Below are positions 39,009 to 48,272 of a stretch of DNA of 64,000 nucleotides, piece after piece; within the stretch, counting starts at the first letter, position 1; each line of letters starts with the position of its first letter. This stretch comes from Candidatus Lustribacter sp. (GTDB lineage Bacteria > Vulcanimicrobiota > Vulcanimicrobiia > Vulcanimicrobiales > Vulcanimicrobiaceae), in the NCBI GenBank assembly GCA_965277805.1, contig OZ255842.1, forward strand, positions 1,472,001 to 1,536,000, written 5' to 3'. Below the pieces are notes generated by a model. It was not told the DNA's origin. It did no database searches and saw only the letters and a list, made by a program, of their open reading frames with translations. The position numbers and the translations under genes were made by a program.

Positions 39009-39778
39009 CCGCGACGGCGAGCGATCCGAAGATCTACGCGCGGCTCGACGACATCGGCGTGCGCTACGGCCCGAAGGTCGTGATGCAGCACCTCTCGCTC
39101 GACATCGTCGAGGGCGCGATCACGTGCATCATCGGGCTCTCCGGGGCGGGCAAATCGACGATTCTGCGCCTGATCAACGGCTTGCGCCGGCCCGACGAGG
39201 GCCGCGTGCTTATCGGCAACCGCGATATCTCGGGGCTGCCCGAACGCGATCTGATCGCGATCCGCGAGACGATCGGCTTTTCGTTCCAGTTCGCGGCGCT
39301 CTTCGATTCGCTCTCGATTTTCGACAACGTGGCGCTCCCGCTGCGCGAGCGCACGAAGATGCCCGAGGACAAGATCCGCTCGCTGGTCGAGGAAACGCTC
39401 GAGAGCGTGGGCCTCGCCAACGTGATCGACCGTTTTCCGGCCGAGCTCTCGGGCGGGATGGTCAAGCGCGCCGGCTTCGCCCGGGCCGTGATCTCGAACC
39501 CGCACTGCGTGCTCTACGACGAGCCGACCACCGGCCTCGATCCCATCATCACGCACGTGCTGACCGATCTCATCATCCGCTTGCGCCAGCGGCTGAACGG
39601 AACCGCGGTCGTGGTCTCGCACGACCTCGAGAGCATCTTCCAGATGGCCGACTACGTGGCCATGCTCTTCGAAGGTGCGATCATCGCTTACGGCACACGC
39701 GAGGAGATTCAGGCCTCGCACAACCCCATCGTGCAGCAGTTTTTGCAAGGGAGCGAAGTGGGACCGATACCGATATGA
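39005..39778 (+). CDS. mlaF: MlaF-family ABC ATPase
   Basis: GLSGAGKST, FQFAALFDS, LSGGMVKR, LYDEPTTGLDP, VSHD. Confidence 0.93.
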   Translation: MTATASDPKIYARLDDIGVRYGPKVVMQHLSLDIVEGAITCIIGLSGAGKSTILRLINGLRRPDEGRVLIGNRDISGLPERDLIAIRETIGFSFQFAALFDSLSIFDNVALPLRERTKMPEDKIRSLVEETLESVGLANVIDRFPAELSGGMVKRAGFARAVISNPHCVLYDEPTTGLDPIITHVLTDLIIRLRQRLNGTAVVVSHDLESIFQMADYVAMLFEGAIIAYGTREEIQASHNPIVQQFLQGSEVGPIPI

Positions 39779-41412
39779 ACAAACAAGCGATCGTCGGCCT
39801 CTTCACGATCCTCGGCCTGCTGGCGCTTTTCGCGGTGTTCCTGGTCATCGCCAACGTCGGCACCGGCGGGCGTTACGAAACCGCCGTGCACTTCAAATCC
39901 GCCGCCGGTCTGCACAAGGGCGCGCTGGTCTACGAAAGCGGCGTCATCGTCGGCGTCGTCGATCAGACCAGATTGCTGCCCGAGGATTTCACCGTCGACG
40001 TGGTCATGGGAATCAACAACAGCGTCGATGTGCCGCGCGATTCCCGCTTCCTGATCGCCGCGCCGCTGACCGGCGACGCGACGGTCGAGATCGTGCCGCC
40101 GCTGCCGGCGCCGCGTCCGGCCGGCCTCGTCGGTCCGACGCCCGTGCCCCAGCAAGTCGCGCTCCTGCCGCGTCAAGTGCTGCCGCTCGAACAGCAGCCG
40201 CAGGGAACGAACCCGGCCACGCTCGGCGATTTACTCGAAGAAGGCCAGGGCGAAGTGCACCGTCTCGACCGCATGCTGGGCCAGCTCGAAGACAGCGAAC
40301 CGCACCTGTTGGCCTCGCTGCAGTCAGCGCTCAACAACGCCAACGACCTCACCACGCAGGGCAGCAAACGCCTCTACCGTTTGGCCGACAAACTCGATGC
40401 GATGACGACCACGCTGCAAGTCGCGCTGGATGCCGGGAGCAAAAACCTCGTCGACATCACGGGCACGCTCGACACGACCTTGCACCACAACACCGCGAAC
40501 GTCGATCAGATGTTTTCGATGTTGAGCAAGACCTCGGTCGCGCTCAACCAGACCGTCGACCAAGTGCGCGATCTCGCCTCGAACCCGCAGGTGCATCAGA
40601 ACCTGCTCGACGTGACCAAAGGGCTCGCCCAAACGGCCACCAACATCGGCGGGATGACGCAAGACCTGCGCAGCGTTACCGGCAATCCGCAAACGCAAGC
40701 GCAGCTGCGCGATACGATCGCGAACACCGACGCCGCAACGCAGAAACTCAACTCGCTGTTGCGCAGTTTCGGCGGCACCAGCAGCGTGTACGGCGTCGAT
40801 TCCGGGGCCACGCCGGCTCCGGGAGCCACAGGCGGCCCCCGCGCGGCTGCACCGCCTCCGGGCGGCGGCGTTCCCGGCGGTACGATCGCGGGCGTTCCGA
40901 ACGCGGCCGGCAGTCCGACGGCGGGAACGCTGCCGCAAAACTTCAAGAGCCGCATCGGCGCCGTCGCGAAGAGCCTTCTGGCGATTCAAATCCGCTTGAG
41001 CGAGCTCGACGCGTATCAGCCGAACACGATCGGCCAGCGGCTGCTGCAAACGAGCCAGCGCGGACCGCAGACCGACGTCAACGCGTTCATCCTGCCCAAC
41101 GGCAAGACGTCGCTCTTCGTCGGCGCAAACGACATCGGCACGCCGCAGACCAGCTGGAACGTTGCCGTCAAGGAGAACGTCGCGCCGCACATGTATCTCG
41201 GCGGCGGCGTGCTCTACAACAACCTCGGCGCGATCGCGCAGTACAACCCGGGCGTGATCGGCTTCGAAGCCCGCCTCTACGATCCGCAATTTCCCACGCT
41301 CGACGCGTACGCGAATATCAATCTGTCGCGCGGCATCCAGCTCTTCGGCGGCGAGCGCGACATCACACACAGCGGCCGGCGTACCGTGTTCGGGCTTCAG
41401 CTGCAGTTTTGA
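39775..41412 (+). CDS. mlaD: MlaD/MCE protein with long helical region and C-terminal beta-rich domain
   Basis: ATGA overlap; TM (IVGLF), MCE motif AAGLHKGALVYESGVIVGVV; helical middle; alternating-hydrophobic C-terminus ending FGLQLQF. Confidence 0.88.
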   Translation: MNKQAIVGLFTILGLLALFAVFLVIANVGTGGRYETAVHFKSAAGLHKGALVYESGVIVGVVDQTRLLPEDFTVDVVMGINNSVDVPRDSRFLIAAPLTGDATVEIVPPLPAPRPAGLVGPTPVPQQVALLPRQVLPLEQQPQGTNPATLGDLLEEGQGEVHRLDRMLGQLEDSEPHLLASLQSALNNANDLTTQGSKRLYRLADKLDAMTTTLQVALDAGSKNLVDITGTLDTTLHHNTANVDQMFSMLSKTSVALNQTVDQVRDLASNPQVHQNLLDVTKGLAQTATNIGGMTQDLRSVTGNPQTQAQLRDTIANTDAATQKLNSLLRSFGGTSSVYGVDSGATPAPGATGGPRAAAPPPGGGVPGGTIAGVPNAAGSPTAGTLPQNFKSRIGAVAKSLLAIQIRLSELDAYQPNTIGQRLLQTSQRGPQTDVNAFILPNGKTSLFVGANDIGTPQTSWNVAVKENVAPHMYLGGGVLYNNLGAIAQYNPGVIGFEARLYDPQFPTLDAYANINLSRGIQLFGGERDITHSGRRTVFGLQLQF

Positions 41413-42113
41413 TCCCCATCGGTGACGGCCGGCGCTTGCCGGGCTTCCCCTTTGTGGTCTACCTGCTCATCGCGTGCAACGTGTACGTGTTCATCCAGGA
41501 GCTCGGCGCGCCGGATATCGACCGGTTCATCAATCTCTACGCCACGATTCCGTTCGACATCACGCACGGCATCGTGCTGCCGCCGCCGAGTCCGCCGTTC
41601 CCGGCCCTGACGATTCTCACGGCGATGTTCTTGCACGCGAGCATCCTGCACATCGGCTTCAACATGCTCTTTCTGTTCGTGTTCGGGCCCGAGATCGAGT
41701 ACGTGTGCGGGCACGTCGGATTCGCCGTGCTCTACGTCCTGTGCGGCGTGGCGGGCGGCGTGCTGCAAATCGCCATTTCGCCCGGCAGCCACGTGCCCGA
41801 ACTCGGTGCGTCCGGCGCAATCGCCGGCATCCTCGGCGCGTTCATCGTGACCGATCCCACCGCGCGCATCAACACGATCGTCCCGATCGGCTGCTTTCCG
41901 TTGTTCTTGCGCATCCCGGCGGTGATCGTGATCGGCATTTGGGCCGCGATTCAATTCGTCAGCGGTTTCGGCTCGCTCTCCGAGCGGCTGGCGACGGAAA
42001 CCAGCGGGACGGCATATTTCGTCCACATCGGCGGTTTCGCGTGCGGCGTCTTCGCGATCGGTCTCTTCCGGCGCCACAGCGCGGGAACACGCGGCCGGCC
42101 CGGAATAAGCTGA
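41409..42113 (+). CDS. Rhomboid intramembrane serine protease
   Basis: TTG start (MIPIGD) overlapping mlaD TGA; MFLHASILHIGFNML, GASGAIAG (Ser), AYFVHIGGF (His). Confidence 0.92.
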   Translation: MIPIGDGRRLPGFPFVVYLLIACNVYVFIQELGAPDIDRFINLYATIPFDITHGIVLPPPSPPFPALTILTAMFLHASILHIGFNMLFLFVFGPEIEYVCGHVGFAVLYVLCGVAGGVLQIAISPGSHVPELGASGAIAGILGAFIVTDPTARINTIVPIGCFPLFLRIPAVIVIGIWAAIQFVSGFGSLSERLATETSGTAYFVHIGGFACGVFAIGLFRRHSAGTRGRPGIS

Positions 42114-42116
42114 AGC

Positions 42117-43034
42117 ATGCGGATCGGCATCATCGGCGCCGGGGCACTCGGGACGCTGTTCGGATACCGTCTCGCGCGCGACAACGACGTCTCGATGCTG
42201 GAAGTCCGGCCCGAAGTGGTCGCCGCAATCCGGGACCAGGGCCTCGTGGCGGAAGCGGGTGCGGCCCGCCGGCCGGTGAGTATTTCCACGAGCGCGCGCG
42301 ACTTATTTTCCGCCCAGGTGCTGTTCATTTTCGTCCGCGCGACCGATACGATGCGTGCGCTGCGGCCGTTCGTCAACGAACTGGATCCGTCGTGCGTGAT
42401 CGTTTCGCTGCAGAGCGGCATCCAAAACGAAGACGCGGTGAAGGCCACGCTCGGCAGCAACGTTGCGCTCGTGATCGGCGCCACCACCGAATCGGCGTTG
42501 ACGCTCGCGCCGGGCAGCGCCGAACCGCTCGGCGCGGGCACCACGATCGTTGGTCCGGGCGGCGCGTCGCCCGAGGTGTGCACGCGCGTTGCACGCCTGT
42601 TGTCGGACGCGGGAATGACGGCTTCCGTCGCCTACGACATCCGTCCGCACTTGTGGGGAAAGCTGATCGCCAGCGCCGCGATCAATCCCGTCGCGGCCTT
42701 GCTCGATCGCCCGAACGGCATCATCCTTGCCGATCCGGACGCGGGCGAACTGGCACGCTCGCTTGCGCGGGAGGCGGCGGCGGTGGCGAGCGCGTTGCGC
42801 ATCGCGCTGCCGTTCAACGATCCCTGGAGCTACGTGCGCTCGATCGCGGAGCAGACGGCGGGCCTGCAAAATTCGATGCTCGCCGATTTGGCCCAGGGAA
42901 CGAAAACGGAGAACGACCACATAAATGGGGCGGTCGCGGCGGCCGGACGGCGCGCGGCGGTGCCGACGCCCTATAACGACACGATGTTCCGGCTCATCCG
43001 GGCGCGCGAAGCCGTTGCGGTTATTGAAAAATAA
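42117..43034 (+). CDS. panE: 2-dehydropantoate 2-reductase (ketopantoate reductase family)
   Basis: IIGAGALG, LQSG, LWGKL, INP, SMLAD, KTENDHING. Confidence 0.85.
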   Translation: MRIGIIGAGALGTLFGYRLARDNDVSMLEVRPEVVAAIRDQGLVAEAGAARRPVSISTSARDLFSAQVLFIFVRATDTMRALRPFVNELDPSCVIVSLQSGIQNEDAVKATLGSNVALVIGATTESALTLAPGSAEPLGAGTTIVGPGGASPEVCTRVARLLSDAGMTASVAYDIRPHLWGKLIASAAINPVAALLDRPNGIILADPDAGELARSLAREAAAVASALRIALPFNDPWSYVRSIAEQTAGLQNSMLADLAQGTKTENDHINGAVAAAGRRAAVPTPYNDTMFRLIRAREAVAVIEK

Positions 43035-43102
43035 CTTGAAATTTAAGAGGCCGTAGCCGTGTGTTTTCGCGAAAAGCCTCTATACTTCGGTGGTTTTTTG
43101 CG

Positions 43103-43108
43103 TATAAT
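43103..43108 (+). promoter_or_regulatory. Candidate sigma70 -10 element of hup
   Basis: Perfect TATAAT in an AT-rich intergenic region 48 nt upstream of ATG; second candidate TATACT at 43081. Confidence 0.55.
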
Positions 43109-43155
43109 TGCCGCGATACGGCTAAGCTAGCCGATTCGCTCAGCGAAAGGAATCC

Positions 43156-43566
43156 ATGACGAAATCGGAACTGGTGAGAGTACTCGCCGAAGACTTCGAG
43201 CTGCCGCGGCGGCAGGTAAATGACTTGGTCGAGGGCCTCCTCGACAAGATTACCGAAGTCCTCAAATCCGGCGATAAAGTTGCACTCACGCCCTTCGGGC
43301 AGTTCAGAATCCGCGATCGCGCAGCGCGTATCGCGCGCAATCCGCAAACCGGTGAACCGGTCAATGTCCCGGCCAAGCGCGTGCTGAAATTCACGGCCGG
43401 CCGGACGCTCAAAGAAGCCGTCGGCGCCCCCAAGCGCGGCGGAGCGAAAAAGTCTGCAGCCAAAAAGTCGACGGCCAAGAAATCCGTTGCCAAGAAGGCG
43501 CCCGCAGCAAAGAAAGCGGTAGCCAAAAAGGCCCCGGCCAAAAAGAAAACCGCCAAAAAGCGCTAG
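43156..43566 (+). CDS. hup: HU family DNA-binding protein with Lys/Ala-rich C-terminal tail
   Basis: MTKSEL, FGQF, RAARIARNPQTGE, KFTAG; AAAGGA RBS; tail of (A/V)AKK repeats. Confidence 0.93.
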   Translation: MTKSELVRVLAEDFELPRRQVNDLVEGLLDKITEVLKSGDKVALTPFGQFRIRDRAARIARNPQTGEPVNVPAKRVLKFTAGRTLKEAVGAPKRGGAKKSAAKKSTAKKSVAKKAPAAKKAVAKKAPAKKKTAKKR

Positions 43567-43582
43567 AACGCGCTCGTAGCTC

Positions 43583-43626
43583 TTATCAACGGTTCTACGC
43601 GCGGGCGGCGTAGAACCGTTCGATAA
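43583..43626. terminator. Probable bidirectional terminator hairpin between convergent hup and esterase genes
   Basis: Perfect 13-bp inverted repeat AACGGTTCTACGC (43588-43600) / GCGTAGAACCGTT (43608-43620), extendable by TTATC/GATAA. Confidence 0.6.
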
Positions 43627-45058
43627 AGTCCAGCGACTCCGTCCGCCAGCCCGATCCTTCGGTCATGTCTCCGCCGAAGGTGAGATAGTTATCACGGCCG
43701 GCATCGTATGGAGCCCACGCCGGTACTCCCGGCCCATTTGGATTACCCGTGGCGGCAAACTGAACCCACGCGGCCATCATCGCATCCGACACCCGTTTGT
43801 CCGCGGCGTCGAACGTGCCGTTTCCGAATACGTAGATCACGTCATCGCTATGAACGGGCGGATTCGACGTGTGCGCGCCGGCATGGGTGAACAAGTAGCG
43901 GAACGTCTTGGGCTGGCGCTTGCTGATCTCTTTCGCCAGGCTGCGGGCGCCGTAACTGAACTGAGCATCGCCGAACGCATCGCCCACCGCCCGCTCCACG
44001 GCGTCGTCGGTCGTGGCGCCATAGTGCGTCCACGCTTCATCCACCATGTCGCCGTAGTTGTCGGCCACGTACGCGCGCAGCTTCTCAGTGGTGCGCACCG
44101 GAATGTTGGCGGTGAACCACCCGCCTTCATACGCGTTGCTGCCGACGATCGCCGGTACGTGCGCAAACGTACCCGAGCGAAAGGCGTCGACCTCATCGCG
44201 ATCGATCGACCAGCCGTCGATAATCGTGCGCAGCGGCCGCGGAATCGTGAGCCCGCGAATCGCCGGGTTGATCTTCGCGTTCAGGGGCAACAGCTCGGCC
44301 GGCGTCATCGCGCGCATCGCCACGAGATCGCCGCCGGCGACGAGGCCGGCTTTTTCCGCATCGGCCAGCGGCGAGAGCGGACGAAATGAACCGGGACTCT
44401 GCAAGATGACTTGGTCGAAGGTCGTGCGGGCTAGCGGCGAGATCAGCAGTGCCGCGACGACCGCGCCGCCGGCCGATTCGCCGAATGCCGTGATGCGTGT
44501 CGGATCGCCGCCGAAGGCCGAGATGTTATCGCGCACCCATTGCAGCGCAGCGATCGCATCGAGAAAGCCGTAGTTGCCGGAGGCGTGCTGCGGTGACTCC
44601 GCCGTGAGCGCCGGATGGGCCAGAAAGCCGAAGACGCCGACGCGGTAGTTCACCGTCACGAGGACGGCGCCGAGCTGCGCGAAGCGCGTGCCGTCGGTGC
44701 GGATCTTCGCGCCGGAATCGGCGGTGAAGCCGCCGCCGTCGAACCACACCAGCACCGGCGCACCGCCGGCAGGCGGGTTCGCCGGAGCCCACACGTTGAG
44801 CGTCAGGCAATCTTCCGACATGCCGGGCGCTTGCGACCCGCGGTCCGCCGGTTCGTTGAGCTGGATCGGATCGAAGCCGAATTTCGAGCCGTCGCGCACG
44901 CCGGTCCACGCGCCGGCCGGCTGCGGCGGGCGCCAGCGAAGCGGCCCCACCGGCGGCGCCGCATACGGAATCCCGCGAAACGCGCGCACGCCGGACTCGC
45001 TGACGGTACCGGAGATGTCGCCCGAGGCGGTGTGAACAATTGATTGCGCAGACGTCAT
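43595..45058 (-). CDS. Type B carboxylesterase/lipase
   Basis: FRGIPYAAPPVGPLRW, SEDCLTLNVW, GGGF oxyanion hole, GESAG nucleophile, HSDD. Confidence 0.94.
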   Translation of the reverse strand: MTSAQSIVHTASGDISGTVSESGVRAFRGIPYAAPPVGPLRWRPPQPAGAWTGVRDGSKFGFDPIQLNEPADRGSQAPGMSEDCLTLNVWAPANPPAGGAPVLVWFDGGGFTADSGAKIRTDGTRFAQLGAVLVTVNYRVGVFGFLAHPALTAESPQHASGNYGFLDAIAALQWVRDNISAFGGDPTRITAFGESAGGAVVAALLISPLARTTFDQVILQSPGSFRPLSPLADAEKAGLVAGGDLVAMRAMTPAELLPLNAKINPAIRGLTIPRPLRTIIDGWSIDRDEVDAFRSGTFAHVPAIVGSNAYEGGWFTANIPVRTTEKLRAYVADNYGDMVDEAWTHYGATTDDAVERAVGDAFGDAQFSYGARSLAKEISKRQPKTFRYLFTHAGAHTSNPPVHSDDVIYVFGNGTFDAADKRVSDAMMAAWVQFAATGNPNGPGVPAWAPYDAGRDNYLTFGGDMTEGSGWRTESLDFIERFYAARA

Positions 45059-45077
45059 AGGCGGCTTTCCTTCGCCC

Positions 45078-45106
45078 TTGACAGCGCGGACGCTTCAACC
45101 GACAAT
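45078..45106 (+). promoter_or_regulatory. Sigma70-type promoter of the RidA gene
   Basis: TTGACA (45078-83), exactly 17 nt, GACAAT (45101-06); ATG 10 nt further on, so the leader is very short. Confidence 0.65.
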
Positions 45107-45116
45107 CGGCCCCGTC

Positions 45117-45518
45117 ATGAGTTTGCTCAAACGGATCACCAGCCGCGAGGTCGCGGAGCCGCCGCCGCAGTCGTTCTCGCAGTGCCTGCGAGCGGGCGAT
45201 ACGATCTACGTCTCCGGGCAGCTCGCCCGCTTGGAAGACGGCAGCATCGCCGGTGACGGCTCGATGCTCTCCCAGGCGACGATCGCGCTCGGCCGCATCA
45301 AAGCGCTGCTCGAAGCCGCCGACGCGACGATGGACGACGTCGCCAAGCTGACGATCTATTGCACGGACATCAGCAAGCGCCCCGAGATCAGCGAGGCGCG
45401 GCAGAAGTTCTTCACCGGCGACTTCCCGACGTCGACGCTGGTCGAAATCAGCGCGCTCGCCGCACCCGGCCTACTCGTCGAAATCGAGGCCGTCGCGTTC
45501 CATCCGCGAGCTAGCTAG
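45117..45518 (+). CDS. RidA/YjgF family protein
   Basis: FSQ, IYVSGQ, DVAKLTIY, PTSTLVEISALAAPGLLVEIEAVA (no catalytic Arg at the PxR position). Confidence 0.88.
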   Translation: MSLLKRITSREVAEPPPQSFSQCLRAGDTIYVSGQLARLEDGSIAGDGSMLSQATIALGRIKALLEAADATMDDVAKLTIYCTDISKRPEISEARQKFFTGDFPTSTLVEISALAAPGLLVEIEAVAFHPRAS

Positions 45519-46056
45519 GCAGCAGCGGGGCGCCGTCGGCGTTGATCAGGACGAAGGCGATCTTGCACATCGCGCTGCTGCGATTGACCCAGGCGTGGTT
45601 CGTGCCTTGCTGGATCAGGAAGTCGCCGGCTTTCAGATGGACTTCGGTATCGTCGAGGAGCATGTCGATCTCGCCCTCGAGCACGATCGCGTAGTCGACG
45701 CTTTCGGTCGCGTGCATGTGCGGGTGCCGCGCGGCCTTGCGTCCGCGCGAATCCGGCGCGATGCCCATCTCTTTCAAAACGGCTGCGTTGTCGGCGTGAT
45801 ACCCGGGCGGCTCGGGCGGAAATTCGACCACGCGTAAGATCGTGCTGCCCGGCAGGGGGCCGGTTGGAATCTTCATGTCGGCGCGATCGTCGTTGGCGTA
45901 CGTCGCGGGCATCGATGACGTGGTCCACAGCAGCGTGGAACGCGTCCCCGAGCTGCGGGAACCGACGTTGGGTGCGATGCCGTCGATCAGGACAACGGCC
46001 TTACCGTCCGCATCGTGCGTCGTAACGACACGGCGGAGATTGGAGCTTTCGGTCAT
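45511..46056 (-). CDS. Cupin domain protein
   Basis: RRVVTTHDADGKA, MHATESVDYAIVLEGEI, LKAGDFLIQQGTNHAWVN. Confidence 0.9.
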   Translation of the reverse strand: MTESSNLRRVVTTHDADGKAVVLIDGIAPNVGSRSSGTRSTLLWTTSSMPATYANDDRADMKIPTGPLPGSTILRVVEFPPEPPGYHADNAAVLKEMGIAPDSRGRKAARHPHMHATESVDYAIVLEGEIDMLLDDTEVHLKAGDFLIQQGTNHAWVNRSSAMCKIAFVLINADGAPLLPS

Positions 46057-46060
46057 ACGT

Positions 46061-47050
46061 TCAGCTGCCGGCTTTCTCGCGTTCCACGAATTGGCGTAAC
46101 GCTTGGCGGAGGGCGGGATCGACGCCCATGTAGGCGCGCGGATCGGTACCTTCATGGACGACGCGGCGGGGCACCTCGTCGGTCATCTTCTGGGGCGGGG
46201 GTGAGCGCTGGATCAGGTAGCGCCCGTTCTGGAAGAAGATGTCGAACCGCATTTGTGTCAGCGGCAGCACGTCGGCCGAGTACTCGAGCACCCAAATCCG
46301 GTCGAGCTGGTCGCGGAACATCAGATACCGCAGCGTGCCGAAGCGCAGTTCGCGCTCGTGCAGGCAGTGCAGTCCCAGCACCTCGCCGTCGAGGTAGCGG
46401 TAGTTGTCCTGCGCGAGGGTCCGGTCGCGGCGCTCCTCATCGCTGACCGTTCCGGCCGCGAGGCGCGTCGTGTAGTCATTCCGCTCCGCATCGATCGCGG
46501 CGCACTGCTTGGCCAATATTTCGAGCCGCGGGTCGGCGTCGAGCTCGGCGCGGCCCTCGGGGGTCTTGTAGTGCTTGCGGACGTCGAGTTCGCGTACGAC
46601 CAGGGCGGTGCCGATCTTGTCCATGTGGCGCTGAAGCTCGCGCGAGGTCGTGCGGACCTTAATCTGCGCTTCGCGCTTGGCATTGGCAGCTTCGAGCGCT
46701 TGTTTGTAATATTTCTCGGCCGCGCCCATCGAGATGATGTTGTCGAAGAAGAGGGTCGGCGGACGGACGATGCCGCTGGCAGTGCGCTGCTTGGGCACGA
46801 TGCGGGCGTATTTCGAGCGCGTCTGGTGGGCGTGCCGTTCGAGGGCTGCGAGGACGGCCTCTGCCGCGCGCTTGTTGGCTTCAAAGCGGAGGCGCTGGAA
46901 TTCGTGCTCTTCGCGCATCTTGCGCAACGCGTCGGCGATCGCCGCGATGAGCAGCGTCTTGGAGACGGCCTGATACTGCGTGCGGATCTCATTGTCCGCG
47001 ACAAAGTCGGGGACGACATACGGTGCCTCGTCACGCGAATTAAGGCTCAC
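46061..47050 (-). CDS. Hypothetical protein, largely coiled-coil with beta-rich C-terminal part
   Basis: 329-aa ORF with protein-like composition, 4 nt upstream of the cupin start. Confidence 0.7.
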   Translation of the reverse strand: MSLNSRDEAPYVVPDFVADNEIRTQYQAVSKTLLIAAIADALRKMREEHEFQRLRFEANKRAAEAVLAALERHAHQTRSKYARIVPKQRTASGIVRPPTLFFDNIISMGAAEKYYKQALEAANAKREAQIKVRTTSRELQRHMDKIGTALVVRELDVRKHYKTPEGRAELDADPRLEILAKQCAAIDAERNDYTTRLAAGTVSDEERRDRTLAQDNYRYLDGEVLGLHCLHERELRFGTLRYLMFRDQLDRIWVLEYSADVLPLTQMRFDIFFQNGRYLIQRSPPPQKMTDEVPRRVVHEGTDPRAYMGVDPALRQALRQFVEREKAGS

Positions 47051-47121
47051 TCGTCAGTCCTTGTCGACGGAGCGGCGCACAGGTTCCTCCTCGGCATCCC
47101 AATCGCCGATAAGACAGAGAG

Positions 47122-47355
47122 ATGTCCGTCGACGGTAACCGGGACGACGCTGCGGTCATATTCGAGATCGCGGCCGAGATTCACCGCTTTATTCAGACGT
47201 TTCCCAACAGCTACGCCTCCCGGGCGCTGGCGGCGCTGATCAATCGTGAGGCCGCCGGGGAAGCGATCGAGGACGACGAGCGGGAACTCGTGCTCATGAC
47301 CCTCGTCCGCGAAGCCAAAGCCCATGCCCGTCAGCGGCGTTTCGGCCGCGAGTGA
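47122..47355 (+). CDS. Small hypothetical helical protein
   Basis: 77 aa; GTGA overlap with psuK start. Confidence 0.55.
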   Translation: MSVDGNRDDAAVIFEIAAEIHRFIQTFPNSYASRALAALINREAAGEAIEDDERELVLMTLVREAKAHARQRRFGRE

Positions 47356-48272
47356 AGCCTCGCGACCGCGTCGTTTGCGTCGGTAATGCGGCGCTCGACC
47401 GCACCTATGCCCTGAAGGGGCCCGTTCACCTCGCGACCTCGAACCCGGCCGTTCTGAGATCGAGCTTCGGCGGCGTGGCACGCAACGTGGCCGAGAACCT
47501 CGGCCGGCTTGGGGTGCCGGTGGCCCTCGTCACGCAGGTCGGCGACGACGCCGGCGGCCGCGCCTTGCGCGACGACTGCGCCAAGCACGGGGTCGATGTC
47601 TCAGGTGTGATCGTTTCGGGCGCGCACCCCACCGCCGAGTACGTGGCGATCGTCGACGCCGGCGGCGAGCTCGTGATCGGCGCCTCGGCGACTGCCGCGA
47701 TCGATGCCCTGAGCATCGCCTCGCTCGGCGCTGCGTTCGACGAGGACGCCCGCACGGCGTGGACGTTCGCCGACTGCACGCTGCCGGCACCCGTGCTGGC
47801 CGCATTCATCGAGGACCGGCGGGCGGGCGGGCCGCCGCTCGCAATCGACGCGGTCTCGATTGCCAAAATCGAACGCCTGCCGCACGATCTGCGCGGGCTC
47901 GATCTGCTCTTCCTCAACGAAGACGAAGCACGCGCGCTGCTCGGTACGTCCGCGCCGGGCGATGCCGCGGAACTTGCCCGCGCGGTACGCAAGCGTGGCC
48001 CGACTGCGGTCGTCCTCACCTGCGGCGCACGCGGCGCCGTCGTTGCGGAAGGCAACGCCACGACGGAAATAGCGGTGATTCCGGCCGCCGTCGTCGACGT
48101 GACCGGGGCCGGCGACGCTCTGATCGCGGGCACGCTCTTCGGGCTCTTACGCGGCGATGAGTTGCCCGGCGCCGTGCGCACGGGCGTCCTGGCGGCGAAG
48201 CTTACGATCGAGTCGCCGGTCTCGGTAGCGCGCAGCCTGACGCGCGCCGCGCTCGAAGCGGCCCGCGTGTGA
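47352..48272 (+). CDS. psuK: PfkB-family kinase, probable pseudouridine kinase
   Basis: TSNP, GGVARNVAENLGRLG, VGDDAGG, DVTGAGDA; adjacent to psuG. Confidence 0.8.
   Translation: MKPRDRVVCVGNAALDRTYALKGPVHLATSNPAVLRSSFGGVARNVAENLGRLGVPVALVTQVGDDAGGRALRDDCAKHGVDVSGVIVSGAHPTAEYVAIVDAGGELVIGASATAAIDALSIASLGAAFDEDARTAWTFADCTLPAPVLAAFIEDRRAGGPPLAIDAVSIAKIERLPHDLRGLDLLFLNEDEARALLGTSAPGDAAELARAVRKRGPTAVVLTCGARGAVVAEGNATTEIAVIPAAVVDVTGAGDALIAGTLFGLLRGDELPGAVRTGVLAAKLTIESPVSVARSLTRAALEAARV

Noticed and set aside
39124-42113. Apparent long fusion ORFs (39124-41412, 39675-42113; also 27999-29093, 31788-32768, 10782-12416)
   Set aside because: N-terminal parts are off-frame overlaps with real upstream genes; true starts lie at stop/start junctions (39775, 41409, 28356, 32304, 11957)
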